Notes under the pieces: model-generated
Databases searched by the model: none
What the model was told of the DNA's origin: nothing
What the model saw: the letters and a program-made list of their open reading frames with translations, nothing else
Assembly: GCF_964355755.1 (NCBI RefSeq)
Contig: NC_092673.1
Coordinates: 28,331,648 to 28,395,647 of the forward strand
Direction: 5' to 3'
DNA: 64,000 bases
From: Antedon mediterranea
Lineage: Eukaryota; Animalia; Echinodermata
In this document: one piece after another, positions 39,582-52,855 of the stretch
Layout of the letters: each line of letters starts with the position of its first letter
How positions within the stretch are numbered: position 1 is the stretch's first letter
Made by a program: the position numbers and the translations under genes

Positions 39582-39625
39582 CTATAACCAGGGAAGAGTT
39601 AAATTTAACTCTTCCCTGCTATAAC
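39582..39625. mobile_element. 30-bp perfect palindrome with 7-bp TSD (P-element-type footprint)
   Basis: CTATAAC|CAGGGAAGAGTTAAATTTAACTCTTCCCTG|CTATAAC. Confidence 0.75.
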
Positions 39626-39691
39626 TATGGGTAGACCAAACAATAATAAAATATAATGACTTCCTTCACTTTTTACAACCTAGTTCGTGTT

Positions 39692-41968
39692 TTAAAATGT
39701 CAATTTTGGATAAATTTACAGATTTTACCATTTAAACTGCGTAAACGTAATGCAAACTTTAAAAAAACACCCACAAACATCATCCAAACAACTTAATATT
39801 GATTATACCACTACAAGAACTATAAAAGAGGACAATTTATGAAATCATTTCATTGAAATAGCTCTAGGTTTGATTTTTTAGGGTGAAAAATATCAATTTT
39901 TTGATAAATTGACAGATTTTACCATTTAAACTGCGTAAACTTAATGCAAACTTTAAAAAATAGCCTACAAACATCATTCAAACAATTGAATACTGATTAT
40001 AGCACTACTAGAACTATAAAAGAAGACAATTTATGAAATAATGTTATTGAAATAGCTCTAGGTTTGACTTTTTTGGAGTGAAAACGTCAATTTTGGATAA
40101 ATTGACAGATTTTACCATGTGAACTGTGCAAACTTTAAAAAAAACACCCACAAACATCATCTAAACCACTTAATATTGATTATACCACTACAAGAACTAT
40201 AAAAGAGGACAATTTATGAAATAATTTTATTGAAATAGCTCTAGGTTTGAATTTTTTGGGTAAAAAATGTCAATTTTGGATAAATTTACAGATTTTACCA
40301 CGTAAACTGCGTAAACTTAATGCAAACTTAAAAAAAACACCCCACAAACATTATTCAAACCACTTAATACTGATTATAGCACTACAAGAACTATAAAAGA
40401 GGACAATTTATGAAATAATTTAATAGAAATAGCTCTAAGTTTGATTTTTTAGGGTGAAAAATGTCAATTTTGGATAAATTTACAGATTTCACCATTTCAA
40501 CTGCGTAAACTTAATGCAAACTTTAAAAAAACACCCACAAACATCATTCAAACCACTTAATATTGATTATATCATTATTAGAACTATAAAAGAAGACAAT
40601 TTATGAAATCATTTTATTGAAATAGCTCTAGGTTTGATTTTTTAGGGTGAAAAATATCAATTTTTGGATAAATTGACAGATTTTACCATTTAAACTGCGT
40701 AAACTTAATGCAAACTTTAAAGAATACCCTACAAACATCATTCAAACAATTGAATACTGATTATAGCACTACTAGAACTATAAAAGAAGACAATTTATGA
40801 AATAATGTTATTGAAATAGCTCTAGGTTTGACTTTTTTGGAGTGAAAACGTCAATTTTGGATAAATTGACCGATTTTACCATGTGAACTGTGCAAACTTT
40901 AAAAAAAACACCCACAAACATCATCTAAACCACTTAATATTGATTATACCACTACAAGAACTATAAAAGAGGACAATTTATGAAATAATTTTATTGAAAT
41001 AGCTCTAGGTTTGAATTTTTTGGGTAAAAAATGTCAATTTTGGATAAATTTACAGATTTTACCACGTAAACTGCGTAAACTTAATGCAAACTTAAAAAAA
41101 ACACCCCACAAACATTATTCAAACCACTTAATACTGATTATAGCACTACAAGAACTATAAAAGAGGACAATTTATGAAATAATTTAATAGAAATAGCTCT
41201 AAGTTTGATTTTTTAGGGTGAAAAATGTCAATTTTGGATAAATTTACAGATTTCACCATTTCAACTGCGTAAACTTAATGCAAACTTAAAAAAAACACCC
41301 ACAAACATCATTCAAACCACTTAATATTGATTATATCATTATTAGAACTATAAAAGAGGACAATTTATGAAATCATTTTATTGAAATAGCTCTAGGTTTG
41401 ATTTTTTAGGGTGAAAATGTCAATTTTGGATAATTGATAGATTTTACCATGTAAACTGCGTAAACTTAATGCAAACTTTAAAAAATACCCCACAAACATC
41501 ATTCAAACAATTGAATACTGATTATACCACTACTAGAACTATAAAAGAAGACAATTTATGAAATCATTTTATTAAAATAGTTCTAGGTTTGACATTTTTG
41601 GGGTGATTATGAAATAATTTTATTGAAATAGCTCTAGGAATAAATTGACACATTTTACCATGTAAACTGTGCAAACTTTAAAAAAACACCCCACAAACAT
41701 CATCCAAACCACTTAATATTGATTATATCACTACTAGAACTATAAAAGAAGACAATTTATGAAATCATTTTATTAAAATAGCTCTAGGTTTGAATTTTTT
41801 GGGGTAAAAAACCACTTAATATTGATTATAAAAGAAGACAACTTTTTGAAATGATTTTATTGAAATAGGTCAAAGTTTGACCTTTTTGGATAAATTGACA
41901 GATTTTAAAGTGTAAACTTTACAATGCAAAAAAGGCCATCTGCAAAAATCCTTCAAACCACTTATTAT
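39692..41968. repeat. ~193-bp tandem satellite with a 764-bp four-unit higher-order repeat
   Basis: CAATTTT anchors at 39701, 39894, 40088, 40271, 40465, 40658, 40852, 41035, 41229 and 41421. Confidence 0.95.
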
Positions 41969-41992
41969 ATTAGGACAATATTAATATTTGAA

Positions 41993-43627
41993 GCAGATAT
42001 AAAATGATGCATGCTCAGTTATCAAATGACTAGGCCTACACTGATATTTGATATTGGTATATAGACAATTAATATTAATTATTGTTGAGGTAGTTCAAAC
42101 TATGATTACACTGATCATATCCAACATTGTGATATAGAATATTATTTTGGAAAAGGTAGATATTAAAAAAGTAAACAGATCATATCCAACAGTTTGATAT
42201 AGATTATTAATATTAATTGATGATGCAAATATTAAAAGATTTTTTCTCAGTTATCAATTATGACTACACTGATCATATCCAACAATGCGATATAGATTAT
42301 TAATATTAATTGATGATGCAGATATTAAAAGATTTTTGCTCAGTTATCAATTTATGACTACACTGATCATATTGAACAATGCGATATAGATTATTAATAT
42401 TAATTATTGATGAGGTAGATATTAAAAGATGCGTGCTCAGTTATCAAATTATGACTACACTGATCATATCGAACAATGTGATATAGATTATTAATATTAA
42501 TTATTGATGAGGTAGATATTAAAAGATTTTTGCTCAGTTATCAAATTATGACTACACTGATCATATCCAACAATGTGATATAAATTATTAATAATAATTA
42601 TTGATGAAATAGATATTGAAAGATGCATGCTCAGTTATCAAATTATGACTACACTAATCATATCCAACATTGTGATATAGATTATTAATAATAATTATTG
42701 ATGAGGTAGATATTAAAATATGTATGCTCACAGTTATCAAACTATGACTACACTGATCATATCCAACATTGTGATATAGGATATTATTAATTGTTATTGA
42801 TAAGGTAGATATTAAAAAACTAAACAGATCATATCCAACAGTGTGATATAGATTATTAATATTAATTATTAATGAGGTAGATTTTTAAAGATGTATGCTC
42901 AGTTATCAAATTATGACTACACTGATCATATCCAGCAATGTGATATAAATTATTAATAATAATTATTGATGAAATAGATATTGAAAGATGCGTGCTCAGT
43001 TATCAAATTATGACTACACTAATCATATCCAACATTGTGATATAGGATATTATTAATAGTCATTGATAAGGTAGATATTAAAAGATGCATGCTCAGTTAT
43101 CATATTATGACTACACTGATCATATTGAACAATGCGATATAGATTATTAATATTAATTATTGATGAGGTAGATATTAAAAGATGCATGCTCAGTTATCAA
43201 ATTATGACTACACTGATCATATCGAACAATGTGATATAGAATATTAATAATAATTATTGATGAGGTAGATATTAAAAGATGCGTGCTCAGTTATCAAATT
43301 ATGACTACACTGATCATATCGAACAATGTGATATAAATTATTAATATTAATTATTGATGAGGTAGATATTAAAAGATGCGTGCTCAGTTATCAAATTATG
43401 ACTAACACTGATCATATCCTACATTGTGATATAGGACATTATTAATAGTTATTGATAAGGTAGTTATTAAAAGATGCGTGCTCAGTTATCAAATTTTGAC
43501 TACAAAGATCATATCCAACATTGTGATGTAGATTTATATTAATATTAATTATTGACGATGTTGATATTAAAAGATTCATGCTAAGTTATCAAATTTTGAC
43601 TACACTGATCATATTTGATATTGTGAT
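41993..43627 (-). repeat. Inverted copy of the 97-bp satellite, roughly 17 units; right arm
   Basis: ATGCGTGCTCAGTTATCAAATTATGACTACACTGATCATATCCAACAATGTG is the reverse complement of the left-arm unit. Confidence 0.96.
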
Positions 43628-43741
43628 TGATGAAATATTCATAAATAGTGTACAATACTCACAGTATTTTTTAATCCATCCACATGAAGAAGAGACACAA
43701 GAACAAGAGTTGTTTGAAATTGTGAAGCCTCACAACCTTAC

Positions 43742-44900
43742 TAATTGTGATGACATTTAATATAATATTACAGCCATACACAAACAGTAAGGTAGTTAGG
43801 GTCACTACAATCTATTAAAATAATTAACATTAATTAACTGGAAACATTGTTAATTATCAGTTTGAGTTTGACTTTTGTCTCTTTTGTTGTAGAATTGAAT
43901 CTCTCTTTATCCATTGCTTTCAACCTGAAAATAAACAGGCCTAAATAATACCTTGGCATTAGCAATGAAATCAACTTGCACACTGATGAATCTTAATACT
44001 CCTACCTATCTAATATTTTATATAGATAGGCTGTCTATGACCCCCCAGCCTATCCCTAGCTAGGCCGGGAGCCTATGCCTCTCTAGACCATTCTGCTGGC
44101 TAGCTAGCAAGGCCCTAGGTCTAGTCCTATAATTAATAGCACAGGTCTCATATAGATAGGCCTAGAGTGTTTAGACTGAGCCTGGTTATATGCCTATTTA
44201 TTTAACTAGGACTAGGCAGGCCTAATCAGCCTAAACTAAGGCCTAATAAACTAGTCTGGGCCCTAACTAAAATACATACATATAGAGCTAGCTAGTTAGG
44301 CAGCCTAGGCCTAGACTTATTTATTAGCTAGTAAGTAGGCCTAGCTAGCTAGCCTACCAGTTCCCTAGTAGGGCCTAACCAGGTGGGCCTAGTAGCCTAG
44401 CCTAGCTAGTAGTAGTAGCCTACTACTTCTTTCTAGGCCTAGGCCTAGCAAGACTAGGCTAGCCCTAGTACTAGTAGGCCTAGCTAGGCTATAGGCCTAG
44501 TAGTACTAGGCCTATTTCTAGGCCTAAACTACTAGCTAGAGTAGCGAGATGCTAGCCTAACTAGGCCTAGGCCCTAGCTAGCTAGCTAGCCTAGGCCTAG
44601 CCTCTTTCTAGCTAGGCCTATAGGCTATAATAGGCTAGGCCCTAGCTAGCCTAGGCTAGGCCTAATCTGCCCCTTTTTGGAGGCTAAAATATTGTCTGAA
44701 ATAAGCTATGACCTACAAATATAGCTTAACTATCTGTTAAGGGTGACACTGATGATGGGTAATCAATAAAATATGCTTCTAAATCTACCTTTTTGGCTTG
44801 CAATCATAATATCCAGTCTAGCCTAGGCCTGCACGGATCAGGTAGCAAAACGAACGAAGTGAGAGCACAGAGGAGGAGGAGGCCTAGGGCCTAGGTTTCA
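43742..44900 (-). ncRNA. Candidate spliced non-coding (or micropeptide) transcript divergent from PHPT1; boundaries uncertain
   Basis: Minus-strand donor AAG|GTAGAT at 44789/44788 and acceptor GTTTATTTTCAG|G at 43925/43924; only a 26-aa ORF (43914-43834). Confidence 0.3.
44030..44900. repeat. Low-complexity TAGGCCTA/CTAG/TAGCTA palindrome-rich tract
   Basis: Dense, non-periodic mosaic of TAGGCCTA, GCTAGC and CTAG; similar tracts at ~15950-16250, 45160-45590 and 60339-60730. Confidence 0.85.
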
Positions 44901-45825
44901 GGCAGAAAAGAACATCTTGAGTTTGTGTAATTATATATCTATTTATAGTTATTTTAAAATATATCCCTAACATTTAAAAAGTTATATATATTACTGATAA
45001 TTAATTGTAAGAAGGATACTCTACCTAATGATATTATCAATTAAATGTATTTTCCGTACGAAATTAATTATATACGAGGATGGCATAAGTGATAGCTCTC
45101 TGTTATCAAAAAACAACTACATACTATACCTGCGCACGTGGCATGTGCACACAGCAGACTAGGCCTAGCTAGGTACGTCTGGGCCTATTGTGCAGTATTC
45201 TTTCATTTTCAGTTCTGTCGTTATGAATTTCGATTAACTGTAAATTACATTATTGTATCTTTTTCGAAAAACAATTTGGCTAGGCCTCTAGAACCCTGGG
45301 CCTAGGCCTAGTCTTTTAGTTAGACAATTTTACTATTTTTAGGCTAGGCTAGGCTGTAAAGAAAAGTAAGTAGGCAGGCTAGGCTAGCTAGGCCCTAAGC
45401 CCCCTTTCCTAGCAAAGTCTAGGTCGAATCGTCCCACTACCGACCTCCTCGCTTAAGTGTACGGCTAGCTAAAGTTGGCTTAGCTAAACCCGTAATAAAA
45501 TAAATAGGTTTATGCTAAACCTATACATAGCCTATAGCCTTAGGCTATAATATATCTTGTGTGTTCTTGATCTTGGGCCAAGGGTTGGGCCTACTATATT
45601 ACACTATGTCGAGTAATATTATTAGTAGTACTAACTCAGTAACTAGCCCTACACATAAATTTAGTATTGCTAGTCCAGGGACAAGACCAATCGAACGAGG
45701 GGCCTAAAAAGTATGATCTGTCCTAGCAGAGTATACGCCAAACAATGTTCCCACACTTGGCATATTATTTATATGAATTTACAATGTTACTCAATCTGTT
45801 TTGCCTTTGTTTCCAAGACTGTACC

Positions 45826-47023
45826 ATGGCTGATGGTGGATCTGAAGTTGAACTAGATACTATTAATGATGTAGAAATTGATGAAAATGGCGTTTTTAAG
45901 TACGTACTTATTAAAGTCAAAGGAAAAACCTGTACAAAACACATTGTGAGAGGACATGCTTGGGCAGAATATCATGGTAAGAAAGAGGATATTACATCAA
46001 TTACAGATACCAACAAAATTTACTACAATACAACAATAAAATATTTAAACCCAAAATAAACTGATCCTACGTCCAAAATTCTAATATCCAAAATATGGGC
46101 ATACATTTTGGATACCAGCAAAAAGTAACCATCGGAATGATTGAAGTAAAAAAAAAATGTTTTAAAGTACCAAATACATCTCCTGCATTATAATTAATAA
46201 TCTTGGGAGACTTATTTTAATTTTACAGCTGATATATATGAACAAGTAGAAGAAGCAATCGGACAAAAGAAGTGTCAGTGTGTCGGAGGTGGCAGAATCA
46301 ACCATGAAATGTTCAACCAGAGTATACATGTTTATGGTTACTCAGTGGTAAGTCTGACTAAAGCTCTGTCTACACTATAAAACTTTATGTGACAAATGTG
46401 AAATGTGATTTGCCCATATATGTACCTTTGGATGCTGTCATATGTCTATATTTGGGCACATCACACTTTTTTTGTCAAACTAGTTTGATAGTGTAGACAG
46501 AGCTTTAGTGACTTCAATATCATACAGCATACATTCTCTGTTTTGATAGCTCCCATAAATATCCTAATTTTCATACTTTCTGGTGTTAAGGCCATTTGTT
46601 CACTCGTAATGCCAATAAAAAGTGTACAATGAAACTAATGATCTATGATAGATTGTGTGTTTTTATTGCTAAATATTTTTTTATAGCCAAATACAACATT
46701 AAACTCTCCAAATACCAGACTCTCTGACACCCGGCCCGGAAACTCTCCCAAAACCAGACTTTTCTAAGGCCCAAAATGTTCCAAATCTTTTTTTATAATT
46801 AAAAACAAATTCCGAAAACCAGACTTTCCAGAAATCCAGACGTATTGGGCCAGCCCAAAGGTGTCCGGTATCGAGAGACTAGACTGTATATCAATCTAAC
46901 TCCTAAATAAGCTGTACCTACATATTTTAGGGATTTGGAAAAGCTAATCACGAAATTACAGTTGAAATTTTAAATAAAAAATATCCAGATTATGAGATAA
47001 CATGGAGCAACGAAGGATATTGA
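45826..47023 (+). CDS. PHPT1: 14 kDa phosphohistidine phosphatase (Janus/Ocnus family), 3 coding exons
   Basis: Exons 45826-45976, 46229-46347 and 46931-47023: [69 protein letters not shown]. Confidence 0.96.
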
Positions 47024-47489
47024 ATGAAAATAAGGAGAATTGAAGATGAGATGGATGCATCTGAGCCAGAAATAGGGTGCGTAGAGAAACTGTATCTTGA
47101 ATTCTACCACTGTTTTGATGACATCTGGCGGTTGTTGCATGTAAAACACTATAATAATGGTTATTAGGTCGGATATTAATTCATTCACTCACTCTATTGA
47201 TACACTTTTGGTGATTTCTAAAGTAGGTCCAGAACATCAATGCGTAGTTTGTTAAATATGTATAGCTCTCTAAGTTCTGCTTGCTGTTGCATGATGTGGA
47301 TTAAAACTAACATTGTATACTTTTACCCACAAATAAGAAACTATATCTTGAATTCTACCACCATTTTGAAAGCAGTTGTTGCATATCAAATTATATAATA
47401 GCATTAGGTCAGAGGTTAATTCATTAGAACATGCTTCCTCACTCTAGATTTAGATGATGACAGGTTTTCGCAAATTGATAGTTCCCTAA

Positions 47490-47638
47490 AGCGATGTCCC
47501 CACTATAGAAGCAACAAAAGGACGTAGACACAACGAAAGCAATTTGACCAATGAAAAGCGACAGTTCTAATAATCCATCGCTTGTGATTGGTCAAATCAC
47601 TTACGTCTTTGCGTTGCATCTCTAGTGGGAACCAAGCT
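47490..47638. mobile_element. Harbinger-like MITE
   Basis: Degenerate TIR AGCGATGTCCCCACTATAGA..GACGTA / TACGTC..TCTAGTGGGAACCAAGCT with TAA flanks. Confidence 0.6.
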
Positions 47639-48534
47639 TAATGAAAGTTCTGCTGCGTGATCATTTGCTGTTGAGTGGTGTGCATTGCAGTGACTTAAAC
47701 TCTACACTATCAAATTTTATGCGACAAAAAACTGATGTGCCAAATATGGTAGTGAAATGCCTAAATGTGGTAGTGATATTCCCAAATGTGTTTGTGATAT
47801 GATATCATTATGTCTATATATGGGCACATCACATTTTTTTGTCACAAAGTTTGATAGTGTTGACAGATCTTAACATTGTGTTTAGATAACATTGTATTAC
47901 AACAAAGAACACATATAAGTGGTATTTTACTAAAAACTTTAATAATACTGAGTAGTTTTGATTATCTTGATAATCATGTTAACTATAAAAGTTATGGAAT
48001 GACAAATTATTATGTTACAAAAATAAAATGCTTTAACAAATATATAGTCTCGTATGTGCTTCATTGTACGTAATACTGTACTTAATTAATAAATACCTTT
48101 ACCCTGAAAAAGTAACCTACATTCTATGCAAAAATGTTGTAATTTTAAAATTAATAATATAAATACTGAATAATATTTCACATTTTGTAAGAAATACTTT
48201 CAACGTTTGTTTTATTTTTAGGATAAAATATCAAAAGCTATTTGTAGTTTTAATTACCATAATAGCACTGTTGTTTTCATTTTATTCATGCTTATTAAAA
48301 ATGTCAGTATACTACAGTATAGCCATTTATAGCTCACTTTCATACCTTGCACTAGTATAATTAGTTTTGATATCGACTTTAAATTTAAATGTTTTTACTT
48401 GCTTTTTAAGAATGTGCATTTAAGTTTTCTTTCTAGAAGCGCATATATTCTTAAGCTTGTGAACCTAAGGGCGACTTTTTAAGATTGCATCCACTTGCTA
48501 GCTTGCTAATTACAGCGAAAGTAAGAATCCATAC

Positions 48535-51500
48535 TTATGTTATTTTTTTTTTCGTGGGAGGGTGGGGGTAAAGTTTGGGTCGGCATTTCTCCACGACAGT
48601 AACTAGGCTATGAAATTGTTGCCAAACTGCAGGAATGTTAAAACACACAGTGCCACCAGCACGTTTCTCTTGGGATGTCTGAGAATATAAATACATTTAA
48701 AATTAACTCAACAATTTGGACAGTTTTGACATTTCTACACATACAGTAAGTTCAGTTTATTTGTCAAAGTCCTTAGTTGGACTGTAGACATTCTTATTAA
48801 AAGCTGTTTGTTTTAATATAATACAATCATATATATTCACTTGAATTTAAATCAAGGTCCATAAAGTAGTTGGCTTGTACCATTCTGGGGAGGGGGTGCT
48901 TTGCTGAACATTCACACATTTAGGGTACAGTATCTGAAAAAAGGTTATACCATTACCATTCTATTAATTCCACCAATGCATACATGTTTGTCGGCGTCCT
49001 TTGTGATGTTGTCAGATATCGCCCATTTTGAGTGATCGAGCGTCTCATATTGCACAAAATTTCCAGGAAAGATGGTAGTGTTGATGTTGTGCACTTGATA
49101 TGGAGGATCGCAAGATGAGTTCATTCTTAAGTATGTAGCCCCATTTTGCCAGGTTTCTGTTAGCAAACTTGTTTTCAGTTCTTGGTTAAGCCAATCTTCA
49201 TAAATATCTGTAACGTAACAACAGTTAAATATTACATATATAATACATTAAATATAATAATTTTGTAAACAAATTTTTTAAATATGCCAATTTAATGTCT
49301 ATATATAAAGCAAGCATAACTTTAATTTTACATTTTTAGTATTTTTATTCAACTTCAGAGTTTTATTTCCATGCTATAGCAAAAATTATCTACCGTATAT
49401 CCACCATGTTTTTTCACCTTCTAAGGAGGCACCAGACACATTATTACATTAGATTAAACTACCTAACTACTGAAAAAAAGTTTTCCTGGTTTTATGGCCG
49501 AATTTTGCCAAATTTTTTATTTAACCATTTTAAGGGAAATTCATGTTTTTTCGTCTTTATTTCTATTACAAATATTTGGTTTATGTACAATTAACCAGAT
49601 ATTATAATTAAAATTCATGCCTGTACCGGAGCTTTAAAACTGAAAAAGCAATAGATATATTACTTTACCTGCTTCAAAACTTTTTGCTTTTGAAAAGCTT
49701 GTAAACTTTACTCCATTTTGTGACGTTAAGATAACACTTTGCTTAGTTGGTTCCTCGATGTATACCTTTCTCACCACTTTGCTTAAGTTTGTCAGTTGGC
49801 CTCCAAATTTGTCAGGAATGTTATAATCGTAAACATGTGGATGGTTGAATAGTAATTGTCCACCTTTTTTATATTTAAAGTAAAGAAAATCTAGTTACAG
49901 AATAATAATATGATCATGTAAAACCAACTATTGTTGTTTAATCAAACCGTTATGCTCCACTGCACATAATACAATTCTAAAGCCTTATCTCCAGTATCGA
50001 ACTTACGGTATGTGACAAAAAAATGTGATGTGCCCATATATGGACATGATTATGTCATCAATACCATATTTGGACATATCACTACCATATTTGGGTACAT
50101 CACACTTTTTTTGTCAAATTAGTTTGATAGTGTAGACAAAGCTTAATAAAGGTTACGCAAGGCATTCCTGAAGATGAACAAATATAGATATTTTTATTTT
50201 CACTTTTGAAAGAATACAAAGTAAAATTCTTTTCCTGATGCTAAAAGTTAAAACAAGTAAATTATATTATACAGAGATTAAAAGTTCATAAATTAGATGT
50301 AAATGAGAAAACTTTATAATTATCATTACTTGAAATAATGTATTGAAATATAATTACTGTATTTTATATCAATATAACTAGGCCTACTAATTGCCAAAAA
50401 TTAAGGTAAAATGTTTGTAAATGAGAAGATTGACTTTACTCACCGATTGGTTCCAGCTGACCAAAGTTAACAGAGATGCAAAGAAAAGACTGTCCATATT
50501 TTAGAGCATTGTAAGGCCATACATAAGAACTCTTTGCATATTCTGGAAACTTTGGAGTACTGTGTATAAGCCAAAACGCAGTGGATGAGTCAAAACCAAG
50601 TGTACCTTAAATGTATACACAAATTAGCATAGGTCGGACAAATTAGCATAGGTCAGGACTGTGAGAACAAAACCTGTTTTGAATATCATTTCAAGACTAG
50701 AAGGGCGTTCATGACAATTTAATGCACGTTCCCATACAACTATGAAACTATCTTTTAAATTCTTTTGAGTAATCCTGCTAACAAATATAGTACAATTATT
50801 CGTATGATTAATCAGGAAAACACCACACGCAAGCAACCAACCACATAACCTCTCGCAATTCTGGCGGAGGTAATAAAACAATGTTTAGATCAGGGTGCTT
50901 GACTGCAACTCATTTCTGCATGTCAGTGGCAGATTCAGAATTTAGTAATGCCTGTAGGTGAGTCATAGCACAAACAATTACATGATGCACCTATATTTAA
51001 TTTTAGCATGTCCATAGGATCTAGTATCATGTGTGTTAAGTAAACTAAACTTACCTTTAGTATGTCCATAGTATTGAGAACTGGTTCCATCAGGGAACTC
51101 GTCATTGTACATTACATAACCAACATCCTACATGTATCATGAAAAGAATTAAAAATTGGAGATGAAATTTATTAAATCATACTGTAGTAAACAATAATTA
51201 GGCGTGTTCGACAGGCTGCTTTGAGCAGATAATGCCTGCAGCCCTAAAGTTATGCAAATAAAAAAGAGTGTGATGTGGCTACATATGGTAGTGTATTGAT
51301 AATGTAGACAGAGCCTAAGAGTCCAACTCAGATGGCATTGTTGGGCCTGTTTACATTATCAAACTTTACGCGACAACAAAATTTGATGTGCCCATATATG
51401 GACATGATATCATATTATCGCATATCATGCACATCGCAATTTTTCTTTTCAAATTAGTTTGATTGTGTAGACAGAGCTTAAGACTATTCACCATCTCAAT

Positions 51501-52855
51501 GTTTGAGCTACTTCACCTGTGATTGTGAATTGTCATATATTTGTTGCAGTGTGTAGCCTATAGCTTGCCGGCTATCATTTAATGACACACTGGATAAGCG
51601 CCAACTAGGAGAATTGGCGTCCATGTATTGGTGGGCTACACCCTCCTTGATGAGTGTATTATTGTTATTTTTATTTCTGTGGAGTTTAAGTACAATAAAC
51701 CTGAAAGAATCAAAATATTAAACATTAGTTGATTGTACATTTATATATTCATCTCATACTATGAGAATATATATAAATATATGAGAGAAGAAAAAAAAAT
51801 GTATATATATCTATACCACTGAAAATGTAAGGATAAAAACCAGTGAACCATTAGAAACATTAAGTCTTCGTTAAAGTGTGCTGGTTTTCATTTTTTATTC
51901 CCATAATTAAAGATATATTGTCCCCCTAAACATTTTTTCCTTCAAATTTTTGTTTGAATATGCCATTTGAATGTCACGTAATAGTTATTCACTTTGACCA
52001 AAAAATGGATACAAAACAAATTTATTTACCTGAAAAAATATAATTTAAAGCTAAATAATGCTTAAATGGTTTTTGTATTAAAATTAAACGTCTTTTTATT
52101 TTTTTGCCTTTTTACAGATTGTGAATAGCATATTTAAAGTCTGATTTTATTAATCTTCATTTTTCATGTTTTTGGGTGACAATACATCTTTAAGGATTTC
52201 TTGACACTTTTTTTTTGAGGATGTAATCATTTAAGTTGAGCACAAAGCCCAATTTCTGGCCCGTAAAGATGTATTAACAATGAAGAAGGCTAATAAAAAA
52301 AATACTATTTTTTGCTTTAAATTACAGTTTTTTCATCTCACTCCGACCCTAAATCTCAAATCACTTCAAAAACCTAATCTATGTCCATGATGCAGCCGCT
52401 AACCTACGCACAGTGGTAAATAAAGAAAATGAAAGCAGGAAATATAAGTACTCCATGTAGTGTTTCCATGAACTGCACCTGCGCAGTTTTTACTATTCGA
52501 CACTTTACTTACTTCCTCTTACACTAAGGCTTCCCTCGTCTGGTATTGACCACCCTCTCCTGGTATTGACCACCCTCTCCTTATTCAATGGCCAACGTCT
52601 GAGGCAGACACTATATACAGGGAATGTTTAAACAGTCCTGACTTAGTTGTATTCATCATTTAGATGAATGAATGTAAAACTAATTGACATTGTCGTTCGC
52701 GACAGACGTCGACCACAAAAAAAAAACACCTTCGGTACTTACCAATCAATTGGTTTTCCATCACTGTCGAGACAACCAACTGAAGATGCAACTGGATGGC
52801 AAAACAAGACAATAAATAAAAATGAAGTTATTATTAAGCTCACTGCAGCAGGCAT
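48535..52855 (-). CDS. DNASE2: Deoxyribonuclease II (acid DNase, plancitoxin-like family), 7 coding exons
   Basis: Exons 52743-52855, 51517-51700, 51055-51127, 50444-50605, 49669-49863, 48957-49207 and 48535-48678. Signal peptide, CLDSDGKPIDWFIVLKL, MYNDE, both catalytic HxK motifs (GHTKG, DHSKW), FWLIHSTPKFP, YGQSFLC, ETWQNG, CIGGINRM, RAGGTVC. Confidence 0.93.
51911..52189. mobile_element. TTAA-TSD MITE (Kolobok-like), copy 2
   Basis: TTAA|AGATATATTGTCCCCC ... GGGTGACAATACATCT|TTAA. Confidence 0.75.

Noticed and set aside
48535-52855. DNase II as a venom toxin (plancitoxin)
   Set aside because: Sequence alone cannot separate it from ordinary lysosomal DNase II; it is single copy here with both HxK motifs intact.
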